From Mariprofundus sp. (GTDB lineage: Bacteria; Pseudomonadota; Zetaproteobacteria; Mariprofundales; Mariprofundaceae), in the NCBI GenBank assembly GCA_030951025.1, contig JAUZQK010000064.1, forward strand, positions 8 through 24,007: a stretch of DNA of 24,000 nucleotides. Reading direction: 5' to 3'. Positions within the stretch are counted from its first letter, which is position 1. Each line of letters begins with the position of its first letter. Below, one piece after another: positions 1 through 9,043 of this stretch. The position numbers were made by a program, and so were the translations under genes. The notes beneath the pieces were generated by a model. That model was not told the origin of the DNA. It searched no databases and worked only from the letters and a program-made list of their open reading frames with translations.

Positions 1-83
1 AATCAGGATATTTTAGGCCACTTACCCTGCCGCGCAGTAGATTTCTCATAAGTCCGACAGACTCCTAGAGACGCAGAACCACC

Positions 84-3029
84 TCAGCACTGAGGATGCA
101 GCAACTGATGAATACACTGACCCATGGCATCAACAGAGAAGGGTTTGAGCAATATATGGGTGTTCTTTTTGTCACTTGGCAAATTGGATAAATGATCTTT
201 ATCATAACCAGTCATAAAAATAACCGGCATGTTTGGGCTCTGCTGCCAAACATGATTGGCCAATTCCACACCACTCATTCTGGGCATCACCACATCGGTA
301 ATCAGCAACTCGATATCATGCTCGGCATTGCCAAACACTGCTGCCGCCATCACCCCATCTTCAGCTTGCAAAACCTGATAACCCAAACGCTGCAGCAGTT
401 CTGCGTTGACTGCGCGCAAGGAGACATCATCATCAACCAACAGGATCATCTCGCCCTGACCGCCAACAGTCTCACCTTGAACCAGCTTGGCGGCCTCGCT
501 GCGCGCCTCTGACACCAACGGTAAATAAATCGCAAAGGCCGAACCTTTACCCACAACACTATCCACTTCGATAATACCGGCGTGGCTCTGAATCGAACCA
601 AAAATCATCGCCAAACCCAAGCCCGTACCTTTGCCAGTTTCCTTGGTGGTAAAATAAGGTTCAAATACCTGTTTCAAATCATGACTGGAAATACCACAAC
701 CATTGTCCCGCACCAGCAAACGCGCATAGGCATGATCCAGACGCGCTTCAGGATGCAGCTGCACAAAAGCAGCATCGGATTGATAACTGTCAATCTGCAC
801 TTGAATGACAGGATCGGCCACAGCATCGAGCGCATCACGGGCATTGTTCATTAAATTCATCAGCACCTGCTGCAATAAACCGGCATCACCTTTGATCTGC
901 AGCTTCTCTTTGCATATATTCATACTCACGGAGATATTCTCCGGAATAGTCAAGCTGGTTAACTTGAACACCTCCTTCATCAATGAAGAAAATGATAACA
1001 AATGAAATTCCACGTTTCCCTTGCGTGCAAAGGTCAGCAGTTGTTTGATCATATCGGCAGCCCGAAACGATTGTTTTTCCAACGATTCGATTTCTTCTAA
1101 CACATCCGGAAACTGCTGCAGTTTGCGTTTCATCAAATACATCGAGCCAATCATACCTGCCAGCATATTATTAAAATCATGGGCAATGCCACCAACCAGC
1201 GTACCAATGGCCTCCATCTTTTGAGCCTGATTGAATTTTTCTTCCATCTGCGTCAGTTCAGTCATATCGCGCTGAATCGCAACATAATGGGTAATCACAC
1301 CCGCATCATCTTCAATCGGGGAAATCGATATTAACACCGGATACAGCTCACCATTCTTGTGGCGTTCAACGATTGAGCTGCTCCAATGTTTGCCATCGGT
1401 AATCGTTTTCCACATATGTTCATAGAAATGTTTATCCTGCACACCCGACTGCAATATGCGTGGTGTCTTGCCGAGCACCTCTTCAAACGTGTAACCGGAG
1501 AGCTTGGTAAAAGCCGGATTCACATATTCGATCATACCCTCATGATCGGTAATCAGAATCGATTCACCAGCATGTTCACCTGCCTGAGATAATTTACGCA
1601 GCTGCTCTTCTGTTTCTTTTGAACCGGTGATATCTCTTAACGTGCCTTCAACACCGACCACCTGGCCTGAATCATTGTACAAAAAGTGTGCATTGGCTGA
1701 CAGCCAGATCAACTGCCCGTCTTTTCTGCGCACCTGAGCTTCAAAATCATCAACTCGCCCATCGGCTGACTGATTTAAACGCTCCAGGAATTTTTTTCGA
1801 TCATCAGGATCAACATAATAATCCGATAATTTATCACCTATAATGTCATCCGGACCACACGCCATCAAATCCTGGATGGACGACGATGTAAACACCAAGC
1901 GCCCATCGATATCCGTTCGATACAAACAGTCCTGCATATTTTCAATCAAATGACGATATTTTCTTTCACTCTCCTGCAATGCTGTCTCCGCCCGGACACG
2001 CTCGGATATATCGATCACAACCGCCTGAATCAATATTTGATGATTCACCTCAATACAACTGAGATGCACATCGGCATGAAATATCTCACCATTCAAACGC
2101 TGGTGAATCCAGTCGAAACGATTTGTTCCCTGCTGCACTGCTGTTTCAACATATTGCATTGCCAAGGTGATGGAGTCGCCACCAGAGGGCTGCAGTCTGG
2201 GTGAGACCATGGCTGGACCCAGTTTAAAAAACGCTGCTTTTGTCGGACAGCCAAACATGCGCAGTGTGGCCGCATTGCAATCCACAAAATAACCATTGTG
2301 CAGCAGCATAATCGCAGCATCCGAGCCTTCGACCAGAGCGCTGTATTTATGTTCACTCTCGTGCAGTTCTTTTGTGCGCACTTCCACACGTAGATCCAGC
2401 TCCGCATTGAGCTTCTGGTAGCTGCGCAACAGGCCCCGGTTATCCATCGAGATGGTTAACAAATCGGTAATACGCTGCAGAATCGGGGCAATATTTTTCA
2501 AGCGTTGCAGATCCGGATCATTATCGGCAAACAAATAAAAACCATGTGGCGTGGCCTGAGTGGAAAAACCAATCAACAGCATCTGATTGGGCATGAAATT
2601 GATATCAGCCTGCTCCAGACAACGCAGCAGCGCCACATTTTGAACATCGCTGGCCTGATTAATGAACAATCCATTGCGCTCGAATTCTTTCCACTCAAAT
2701 GCATCCTGTTCAAAAGCCTGCACCTGAAATTGGAAAGCATTCACATCAGCATGAGAAAAGGACAGATAAGAGTGAATGACAGTGGCCTGCTTGCCCTCAG
2801 CTTGATCCTCTTCAATGGCACAACAGGCCACCAATGGAATCGCCTTGAGCATGGAAATACGCTCTAGCGCCACATCCAGCATCTCCGTAACATCTTTGAG
2901 CTGGCCAATCGCCTCAGATACAAGGCCAAACATCAAACTCTGTTCAGCCCGATCCGCCAGATGCCCATTCTCCTGCTCCAACATACGAATGCGTTCTTCT
3001 AGCTCCTTGCGGTTGCGCAGCTCAGGCAT
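84..3029 (-). CDS. Cytoplasmic hybrid sensor histidine kinase (N-terminal coiled coil and unassigned domain, three PAS-like modules, HisKA, HATPase_c, C-terminal receiver)
   Basis: 981-aa ORF. HisKA phospho-His box GGIAHDFNNMLAGM. HATPase N/G boxes (LMNLMNNARDAL, DNGCGI, GKGTGLGLA). Receiver with LLVDDD, LLITDVVMP and LLKPF. Three PAS-like repeats (SALVEGSDAAIMLL.., YRHLIENMQDCLYRTD.., ESILITDHEGMIEYVNPAF..). No hydrophobic TM segment seen. The ATG overlaps the upstream gene's stop by 8 nt (ATGCCTGA, 3022-3029). Confidence 0.9.
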   Translation of the reverse strand: MPELRNRKELEERIRMLEQENGHLADRAEQSLMFGLVSEAIGQLKDVTEMLDVALERISMLKAIPLVACCAIEEDQAEGKQATVIHSYLSFSHADVNAFQFQVQAFEQDAFEWKEFERNGLFINQASDVQNVALLRCLEQADINFMPNQMLLIGFSTQATPHGFYLFADNDPDLQRLKNIAPILQRITDLLTISMDNRGLLRSYQKLNAELDLRVEVRTKELHESEHKYSALVEGSDAAIMLLHNGYFVDCNAATLRMFGCPTKAAFFKLGPAMVSPRLQPSGGDSITLAMQYVETAVQQGTNRFDWIHQRLNGEIFHADVHLSCIEVNHQILIQAVVIDISERVRAETALQESERKYRHLIENMQDCLYRTDIDGRLVFTSSSIQDLMACGPDDIIGDKLSDYYVDPDDRKKFLERLNQSADGRVDDFEAQVRRKDGQLIWLSANAHFLYNDSGQVVGVEGTLRDITGSKETEEQLRKLSQAGEHAGESILITDHEGMIEYVNPAFTKLSGYTFEEVLGKTPRILQSGVQDKHFYEHMWKTITDGKHWSSSIVERHKNGELYPVLISISPIEDDAGVITHYVAIQRDMTELTQMEEKFNQAQKMEAIGTLVGGIAHDFNNMLAGMIGSMYLMKRKLQQFPDVLEEIESLEKQSFRAADMIKQLLTFARKGNVEFHLLSFSSLMKEVFKLTSLTIPENISVSMNICKEKLQIKGDAGLLQQVLMNLMNNARDALDAVADPVIQVQIDSYQSDAAFVQLHPEARLDHAYARLLVRDNGCGISSHDLKQVFEPYFTTKETGKGTGLGLAMIFGSIQSHAGIIEVDSVVGKGSAFAIYLPLVSEARSEAAKLVQGETVGGQGEMILLVDDDVSLRAVNAELLQRLGYQVLQAEDGVMAAAVFGNAEHDIELLITDVVMPRMSGVELANHVWQQSPNMPVIFMTGYDKDHLSNLPSDKKNTHILLKPFSVDAMGQCIHQLLHPQC

Positions 3030-3843
3030 GCTTATCAGCTACAAATGTCAAAATGTTTTCAGCCGCCCACTCAGGCTCATCTTCCATCAGATAATGCGAT
3101 GCCGTTGCAATGTGCAACAACTGGCTGCCCGGCATACCTTCATGCAGTCGCTCTGCCACAGTCGCACTTAAAAACGGATCAGCATCACCCCGCATAATCA
3201 AACTCGGTACTGTCAACTGCTTGAGCTCCTCAACGATTTCCATCAAATTATGATTATCCAGACAACGGGCAAAATGCATAAACGCCTTGCGCCCCTCTCT
3301 GCTGCGTAATGGTTTCCAGAATAGATCCATCAGCTCATCATCCAAGTTTTCTTTATGGTACAGACCTGCTTTCACCAATACCTTCATCATGCCCAGATCC
3401 AAGGCCCCCATCAACAACTGACGCACAATCGGAGCTCGCATGGCTGTGATCGGCTGCACCGGCCAGAAATCATAGGCCACCATATTGATCATGCTTAAAC
3501 TAATCAGCATCGATTCATGCCTTACGGCAAAAATCTGGGCAATGCCACCGCCCAGATCATGGCCAACAACATGAAAGCGTTGGATATCCAGCTGTTGCAT
3601 GAAACGATACAAACGCTCGGCATGGTCTTTAATGGCATAAGACTCATCCAGCGGCATATCCGATTCACCACAGCCCAGCAAATCGACTGCGATGACATCA
3701 TAGCTCTGTTCCAGAAAGGGTAATAATTTGCGCCAGATAAACGAATAGGTGGTAATGCCATGCACCAATAACATCACTTCACCGCTGGCATTACCGCTGC
3801 GGTTGTAGGCGACTTTATGTCCATCGATCGAGCTGTACTGCAT
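3022..3843 (-). CDS. Alpha/beta-fold hydrolase with an Asp-type nucleophile elbow (epoxide hydrolase / haloalkane dehalogenase-like subgroup)
   Basis: Oxyanion motif LLVHGITTYSFIW. Nucleophile elbow VVGHDLGGGIA (G-H-D-x-G-G, Asp where lipases have Ser). C-terminal His in TASHYLMEDEP. The ORF track starts at a TTG (3879). I prefer the ATG at 3843 (MQYSSIDGHK..) because GGAG lies 8 nt upstream. Confidence 0.85.
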   Translation of the reverse strand: MQYSSIDGHKVAYNRSGNASGEVMLLVHGITTYSFIWRKLLPFLEQSYDVIAVDLLGCGESDMPLDESYAIKDHAERLYRFMQQLDIQRFHVVGHDLGGGIAQIFAVRHESMLISLSMINMVAYDFWPVQPITAMRAPIVRQLLMGALDLGMMKVLVKAGLYHKENLDDELMDLFWKPLRSREGRKAFMHFARCLDNHNLMEIVEELKQLTVPSLIMRGDADPFLSATVAERLHEGMPGSQLLHIATASHYLMEDEPEWAAENILTFVADKHA

Positions 3844-3884
3844 GGCGGTACTCCAAGAATCGTCATCAGAAGCTGGCAATCTCT

Positions 3885-3914
3885 ATTCTGCACCAGCGAG
3901 CAACAGTAGGTCAA
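3885..3914 (-). promoter_or_regulatory. Candidate sigma70-type promoter for the hydrolase/histidine-kinase operon
   Basis: The minus strand reads TTGACC (3914-3909), an 18-nt spacer, then CAGAAT (3890-3885), about 40 nt upstream of the ATG at 3843. Identified by eye only. Confidence 0.3.
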
Positions 3915-3993
3915 AAGATTCATATTACTCTTACTGATCTGGCTCGTGTTGTTCTTGTTCCTGTTATTCCGACCGCTGTTCTGCCTACTTCTA

Positions 3994-4239
3994 TTATTCC
4001 GATTTCCGTTCACCACGACAATACTGCCAGTATGATTTCAAACGTGTTTTTATAGCAAGATAAAACGCCTTACCAAGCAACAGTATACTGAGCGCGAAAC
4101 AGATTTCTGCAGCAACAATCAACGATGTCGTCAGCACAGCAAGCCTGTCGAGTTCCACCAGCATAAAGGGCACAATCAAGATCACCCCCCACAGCAACCA
4201 GGACAGATAAAACAACACCAAACCCAGCAGACGTTTCAT
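3994..4239 (-). CDS. Small membrane protein of unknown function (two predicted TM helices)
   Basis: 81-aa ORF starting 18 nt downstream of the thiI stop. Two long hydrophobic stretches (LLGLVLFYLSWLLWGVILIVPFML and LAVLTTSLIVAAEICFALSILLLG) and a basic C-terminal tail. No family recognised. Confidence 0.5.
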   Translation of the reverse strand: MKRLLGLVLFYLSWLLWGVILIVPFMLVELDRLAVLTTSLIVAAEICFALSILLLGKAFYLAIKTRLKSYWQYCRGERKSE

Positions 4240-4257
4240 CGCTTAGAGCTCATGCAT

Positions 4258-5424
4258 TCATGTGATTTCATGACCGGAATGAAACAACACAGTATGGGTC
4301 GGATAATCCAAACCATCCAAAGGTAAACGGCTTTCATACATCGCCACTTTTTCACGCTTGGCTGATGTCTCTGGATGTTTGGCAATCAGAAACGAGCAAA
4401 TATCACAATATTCTTCAATCGAAATCTCGTAGGTGCCGATACGGCGAGCGAGGGCGATGATTTCTTCTTTATCGGCTCCAATCAATGGCGGTAACAAAGG
4501 CAAATCCGATGCATCATAAATGGCATGGATATTGGCCAGCGTCTGGCTGGCCACCTGCCCCAACGAATCACCCGTCACCAAAGCCTGCCCATGCTCTTCT
4601 GATGCGATCAATGCCGCTGAACGAATCATCTGGCGTTTGTATATAATCATGCGGTATTCAGCCGGTACTTCGGCAATGGCATGGCGCTGAAATTCTTCCA
4701 GATCGATCATATAAAGCTGCACGCGCCCTTGATAACGCGAAAGCTGAGCCGCCAAATCCTTGATCTTGACAAAATCGCGATTGATGGTGCTGTTGTACAA
4801 ATGCACCAGTACCACTTCCATACCACGTTTCATCATCGTAAAAGCCGCCACCGGCGAATCGATGCCGCCAGAAAACAACACCACACCTTTACCCGATGTG
4901 CCCACTGGCAGGCCGCCGATTCCCTCAATCTTGCGGGTATAAATATACACCGATTTGGCACCGACTTCGACCCGCACATCGATTTTAGGATGATCCAGAT
5001 TCACCGCCAAATTCAATTTTGTTTTGAGATAACCACCCACCTCAAAGTTCAGCTCAGGTGAAGTGATAGGAAAGCCTTTGTTGCTGCGTCTGCTACTCAC
5101 CCGAAAGGGAGTTCCGGCCACATCCTCACCAAAATCTTCCAACACGGCCGCTTTGGCCGCAGCTTGAATCGCTGCCAATTCAGGTTCGCACTCATGCACC
5201 ACCGAAAAATTACGGATGCCCGGCAACAAGGCCAACAAATCCAGCAATTCATCCGTGATCACTTCAACATCGGCAGTCATGCGCCCATGCTCACGATAAA
5301 AACCATTGGGCTTTAATACAGGTTTCAATACCCGCTTAATATTCTGTGCCATCTTGCGCTCAAACGTGGATCGGTTTTTGCCCTTCAACGAAAGCTCACC
5401 GAAATGAAATAAAATCTTAGCCAT
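4258..5424 (-). CDS. thiI: tRNA 4-thiouridine(8) synthase / thiamine sulfur-transfer protein ThiI (short form without a rhodanese domain)
   Basis: N-terminal ferredoxin-like/THUMP region (ILFHFGELSLKGKNRSTFE). PP-loop ATP pyrophosphatase motif VLFSGGIDSPVAA. Conserved GDSLGQVASQT. At 388 aa it is shorter than the E. coli type, which carries a rhodanese domain. Confidence 0.9.
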   Translation of the reverse strand: MAKILFHFGELSLKGKNRSTFERKMAQNIKRVLKPVLKPNGFYREHGRMTADVEVITDELLDLLALLPGIRNFSVVHECEPELAAIQAAAKAAVLEDFGEDVAGTPFRVSSRRSNKGFPITSPELNFEVGGYLKTKLNLAVNLDHPKIDVRVEVGAKSVYIYTRKIEGIGGLPVGTSGKGVVLFSGGIDSPVAAFTMMKRGMEVVLVHLYNSTINRDFVKIKDLAAQLSRYQGRVQLYMIDLEEFQRHAIAEVPAEYRMIIYKRQMIRSAALIASEEHGQALVTGDSLGQVASQTLANIHAIYDASDLPLLPPLIGADKEEIIALARRIGTYEISIEEYCDICSFLIAKHPETSAKREKVAMYESRLPLDGLDYPTHTVLFHSGHEIT

Positions 5425-5684
5425 GGCGAAAGCCTAACGGCTAGCTGCTTAAGTTACAGTCCCGACTAAAAGCCAAACAGTCAGATATTGAAATAACAGG
5501 AGCTTATTGCCACGACTAATCATCACATCTGAGGCCGTATTGCCCACTTATTATGTCACAGCTTTATCCATAACCTTGCTCACAAAGCATCCCGAAAAGA
5601 CTGTTATAAAAGGGAATGCAAGCACCGTCGCAGTAGTTACGGCTTTTATTATTCCCCAAAAACCGACAATGCCAACAAGCCGCA

Positions 5685-5719
5685 AGAAAAAAGCCTGCAA
5701 ACACTAGGTTCACAGGCTT
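5685..5719 (-). terminator. Rho-independent terminator downstream of tRNA-Asp
   Basis: Minus strand: AAGCCTG (5719-5713), a 15-nt loop, CAGGCTT (5697-5691), followed by TTTTCTTG. Confidence 0.55.
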
Positions 5720-5744
5720 CTTCGGATGTTGTCAGACATCGATA

Positions 5745-5821
5745 TGGCGGAGCGGACGGGACTCGAACCCGCGACCTCCGGCGTGACAGGCCGGCATTCT
5801 AACCAACTGAACTACCACTCC
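5745..5821 (-). tRNA. tRNA-Asp (anticodon GTC)
   Basis: The 77-nt reverse complement GGAGTGGTAGTTCAGTTGGTTAGAATGCCGGCCTGTCACGCCGGAGGTCGCGGGTTCGAGTCCCGTCCGCTCCGCCA folds as a cloverleaf. Anticodon loop CTGTCAC, T-loop GGTTCGAGTCC, encoded CCA. Very close to E. coli tRNA-Asp as I recall it. Confidence 0.95.
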
Positions 5822-5881
5822 AGTAGCGGCGCGCAACGTAATCATTCACGATGCTAAAATCAACCTTTTATTAACCGGTTG

Positions 5882-5913
5882 AAAAAAATCAGGCTCTGTA
5901 TTGACAGAGCCTG
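5882..5913 (-). terminator. Rho-independent terminator between tRNA-Val and tRNA-Asp
   Basis: Minus strand: CAGGCTCTGT, loop CAAT, ACAGAGCCTG (perfect 10-bp stem, 5890-5913), followed by ATTTTTTT (5889-5882). Confidence 0.8.
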
Positions 5914-5919
5914 TTTGTA

Positions 5920-5995
5920 TGGTGGGCGCTGCAGGGCTCGAACCTGCGACCTACGGCTTGTAAGGCCGTTGCTCTCCCAGCTGAGCTAAGCGCCC
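5920..5995 (-). tRNA. tRNA-Val (anticodon TAC)
   Basis: The 76-nt reverse complement GGGCGCTTAGCTCAGCTGGGAGAGCAACGGCCTTACAAGCCGTAGGTCGCAGGTTCGAGCCCTGCAGCGCCCACCA folds as a cloverleaf. Anticodon loop CTTACAA, encoded CCA. Confidence 0.95.
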
Positions 5996-6026
5996 GTAAC
6001 AAGGTTTGAATCTTGTTTTATTAGAA

Positions 6027-6040
6027 GCGGGTTTCCCCGC
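6027..6040 (-). terminator. Possible weak terminator or attenuator hairpin after hupB
   Basis: Minus strand: GCGGG-GAAA-CCCGC, 8 nt after the hupB stop, followed by TTCTAATAAAAC (poor U-tract). tRNA-Val lies directly downstream, so read-through is plausible. Confidence 0.35.
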
Positions 6041-6047
6041 CATCTAA

Positions 6048-6320
6048 TTATTTAACAGCGTCTTTCAGAGCCTTACCAGGCTTGAATTTAGGCGCTTTAG
6101 ATGCTGCAACCTGAATAGCTTCACCAGTCCGTGGGTTACGCGCGGTGCGTGCTGCGCGATCTGCTACTGAAAATGTACCAAACCCAACCAGGCTTACTGA
6201 ATCGCCATTAGCCAGAGTGCTAGTAATGCCACTGAGTACTGCTTCAACGGCATCTGCTGCTGATATTTTACTCAAACCAGCGTTCTCGGCTACATAGTTT
6301 ATCAAATCTGCTTTATTCAT
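6048..6320 (-). CDS. hupB: Nucleoid-associated DNA-binding protein HU (beta-type)
   Basis: 90-aa protein MNKADLINYVAENAGLSK...GFGTFSVADRAARTARNPRTGEAIQVAASKAPKFKPGKALKDAV, the canonical HU/IHF signature. GGAGG lies 6 nt upstream of the ATG at 6320. The track's longer start at 6338 is unlikely. The position downstream of lon matches classic synteny. Confidence 0.95.
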   Translation of the reverse strand: MNKADLINYVAENAGLSKISAADAVEAVLSGITSTLANGDSVSLVGFGTFSVADRAARTARNPRTGEAIQVAASKAPKFKPGKALKDAVK

Positions 6321-6403
6321 TTTTTCCTCCCGCCACATTCAATGGGTCGCGAACTATACGCAAAGAACCCTATGTCCTGTCAACTTATTTTTTTGTTATT
6401 TAT

Positions 6404-8875
6404 TTAATGTGCCACCGTCGAGTTATCATCCATTTTATCCGACAAACCACCTTCCAGATTATCGTCCAAATAGATGCCCGAAACAACCCCCGGCACAAAA
6501 TGTGCGGCGATACTTATACCGGCTGGCAAGCGAGTCAAGGCATGGTCTAGCACCTCATCCATGTTTTTCACCACATGCACTTCAAGACCGGCCAACACAT
6601 CAGCGTGAATGTCTTGTAAGTCCTTTGCATTTTCTACTGGAATGATCGCTTCAGTCAAACCACCACGATGCGCGGCCAGTAGTTTTTCTTTTAATCCACC
6701 GATGGGTAAGGCCTTGCCTCGCAAGGTGATTTCACCGGTCATACAGACATGCTTTTTGATCGGAATACCGGTCAGCGCCGACACAATGGATGTAGCCATG
6801 CCAAGCCCGGCTGAAGGGCCATCTTTGGGGATGCCACCTTCGGGCACATGCACATGAATATCGACATGCTGGTGAAAGTCCGGCTTTAAGCCCAATTGTG
6901 CGGCACGTGAGCGCACATAGGTCAGCGCAGCCTGAATCGATTCCTGCATCACATCACCCAACTGGCCAGTGACAGTCAGCTTACCCTTGCCCGGCATCAA
7001 CGCGGTTTCAATCTGCAGCAACTCACCACCGACTTCAGTCCAAGCCAGGCCGGTGACAACACCGATTTGATCTTCTTCTTCAGCCAAGCCAAAACGGTAT
7101 TTGCGCACCCCTAGATAGGTCTCAATATCTGTGGCAGCGAGCTTCATGCTGGCGTTTTCTTCTACCTGCACAATATGACGCGCTACCTTGCGGCATAGCT
7201 TGGCCAGCGTGCGCGATAAACCACGCACACCCGCTTCACGGGTATAATAACGAATGATTTCAGTTAAAGCCGAATCTTCGAGATCCAATTGATCTTTTTT
7301 CAGGCCATGGTTGCGGCGCTGCTTGTTGATCAAATAACGCCGTGCAATTTCCAACTTTTCATGCTCGGTGTAGCCGGAAATACGAATAATCTCCATGCGA
7401 TCAAGCAATGGCCCCGGAATATTCAGACTGTTGGCCGTGGTGATAAACATGACTTCGGAGAGATCATAATCGACTTCCATATAATGATCGGCAAAGGTGT
7501 GATTTTGCTCCGGATCTAATACTTCCAGCAGTGCCGAGGATGGGTCGCCACGAAAATCGGAACCCAGTTTATCAATTTCATCGAATAGAAATAAAGGGTT
7601 CTTGGTACCAGCCTTCTTCATGGATTGAATCACTTTACCTGGCATTGAGCCGATATAAGTGCGGCGGTGCCCACGAATCTCTGCTTCATCGCGTACGCCG
7701 CCGAGACTCATGCGCACATATTTGCGCTTGGTGGCTCGGGCAATCGATTTGGCCAGCGATGTTTTACCCACACCCGGCGGCCCCACAAAACACAGGATCG
7801 GCCCTTTCATTTTGCGTACCAGTTTAAGCACAGCCAGATGTTCCAGCACGCGCTCTTTGACTTTTTCCAGCCCATAATGATCTTCATCGAGCACATGCTC
7901 GGCGGCGCTGATATCTTTGCTTACACGCGAGCGTTTTTTCCATGGAATATCAATCAACCAATCGAGATAATTTCGTACAACCGTGGCTTCCGAGCTCATT
8001 GGCGGCATCATTTTTAAGCGTTTAAATTCTGCTTCTGCTTTTTCTTTGGCTTCAGCACTCAGTCCCAGCTTTTGGATTTTGGCTTCGAGCTCCTGCAAAT
8101 CGCTTTCGCCATCTTCATCACCCAGCTCTTTTTGAATGGCCTTCATTTGTTCGGACAAATAATAATCGCGCTGTGACTTTTCCATTTGACGTTTAACACG
8201 GCTGCGAATGCGTTTATCGACTTGCATCAGCTCCATTTCATCTTCCATGTGAGCATATAAGCGTTCCAGACGGGCAATAACACTCGGTATTTCAAGCAAT
8301 TCTTGTTTATCTTCGACTTTAATATTTAAGTGTGCAGCGATGGTATCAGCCAGTTTATCCGGCTCATCGACGGCCGATACAGATACCATCACTTCCGGAG
8401 GCAGCTTTTTATTCAGCTTCACATAGGACTCGAATTTCTGAATCAATGAGCGCGCCACATTATCCTGCTCGCGCTCATCTTCATCAGATTCGGACATCAG
8501 TGTATAATGACCACATAGATAATCCTCATCGGCCATTAACGAATCAACCAAGACACGAGCACCACCCTCAACCAGCACCTTGATGGTACCATCGGGTAAT
8601 TTTAATAATTGTAGAATATTGCCCAGCGTACCGATGCTATAGAGTTCATCAGCACCTGGATCATCGTGGGAGGCATCTTTCTGCGCTAGCAACAGGATTT
8701 TTTTATCCGAAGCCATCACCTCTTCCAATGCTTTGACTGATTTATCACGCCCTACAAACAACGGCACAATCATGTGTGGAAAGACAACAATATCACGCAA
8801 AGGCAGGACAGGCAGAACACCCTCATGATCTTGTTCGTTGTTGATGTTTGTTTCGTCTTTATTCCATTCAGCCAT
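6404..8875 (-). CDS. lon: ATP-dependent Lon protease (LonA type)
   Basis: N-terminal LON domain (LPVLPLRDIVVFPHMIVPLFVGR). Walker A GPPGVGKTS. Walker B FLFDEIDK. Protease domain with catalytic Ser in PKDGPSAGL and Lys in TGEITLRGKALPIGGLKEK. About 30 aa longer at the C-terminus than E. coli Lon as I recall it. Confidence 0.97.
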   Translation of the reverse strand: MAEWNKDETNINNEQDHEGVLPVLPLRDIVVFPHMIVPLFVGRDKSVKALEEVMASDKKILLLAQKDASHDDPGADELYSIGTLGNILQLLKLPDGTIKVLVEGGARVLVDSLMADEDYLCGHYTLMSESDEDEREQDNVARSLIQKFESYVKLNKKLPPEVMVSVSAVDEPDKLADTIAAHLNIKVEDKQELLEIPSVIARLERLYAHMEDEMELMQVDKRIRSRVKRQMEKSQRDYYLSEQMKAIQKELGDEDGESDLQELEAKIQKLGLSAEAKEKAEAEFKRLKMMPPMSSEATVVRNYLDWLIDIPWKKRSRVSKDISAAEHVLDEDHYGLEKVKERVLEHLAVLKLVRKMKGPILCFVGPPGVGKTSLAKSIARATKRKYVRMSLGGVRDEAEIRGHRRTYIGSMPGKVIQSMKKAGTKNPLFLFDEIDKLGSDFRGDPSSALLEVLDPEQNHTFADHYMEVDYDLSEVMFITTANSLNIPGPLLDRMEIIRISGYTEHEKLEIARRYLINKQRRNHGLKKDQLDLEDSALTEIIRYYTREAGVRGLSRTLAKLCRKVARHIVQVEENASMKLAATDIETYLGVRKYRFGLAEEEDQIGVVTGLAWTEVGGELLQIETALMPGKGKLTVTGQLGDVMQESIQAALTYVRSRAAQLGLKPDFHQHVDIHVHVPEGGIPKDGPSAGLGMATSIVSALTGIPIKKHVCMTGEITLRGKALPIGGLKEKLLAAHRGGLTEAIIPVENAKDLQDIHADVLAGLEVHVVKNMDEVLDHALTRLPAGISIAAHFVPGVVSGIYLDDNLEGGLSDKMDDNSTVAH

Positions 8876-9043
8876 GCGTACTCCTCATCTTACTGTTGCA
8901 GGTATTGATCGTGTGAATTCAGCAGAACTTCAGCGCTAAGCCAATTGATTGCTAGTTTGTTGTTTCGTGTGGGTTCCAGCGTTACGTTGCAACGCTGGTT
9001 TTCACCCAGGCGATTGAAGCAGGATTGTTCAGTCAGTTACTGC

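Noticed and set aside
192-3171. Multiple plus-strand ORFs (60-120 aa) from the six-frame track lying inside the histidine-kinase gene. Similar antisense ORFs lie inside thiI, lon, clpX, clpP, tig, the PhoD-like gene, the KAP gene, the amidase gene and uup.
   Set aside because: All lie fully antisense to long ORFs with clear family signatures. They have low-complexity or His/Ser/Cys/Arg-rich translations typical of shadow frames. I saw no convincing SD sequences.
3774-4016. 80-aa minus-strand ORF with an Asn/Arg-rich N-terminus (MVNGNRNNRSRQNSGRNNRNKNN..).
   Set aside because: It overlaps both the 3' end of the membrane-protein gene and the 5' end of the hydrolase gene in other frames. Its composition simply mirrors the purine-rich intergenic tract, so it is more likely non-coding regulatory DNA.
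5507-5707. 66-aa plus-strand ORF between thiI and tRNA-Asp.
   Set aside because: It has no SD and no recognisable family. The region is better explained as the thiI promoter region plus the tRNA-Asp terminator (5685-5719), which the ORF runs through.
8976-8998. Perfect 8-bp stem hairpin CCAGCGTT-acgttgc-AACGCTGG between clpX and lon, considered as the clpX terminator.
   Set aside because: The T-run (TTTTC) follows the hairpin on the plus strand, not on the transcribed minus strand, and there are no plus-strand genes to terminate. It may be an RNA processing or attenuation element or a coincidental hairpin. I cannot assign a function from the sequence.
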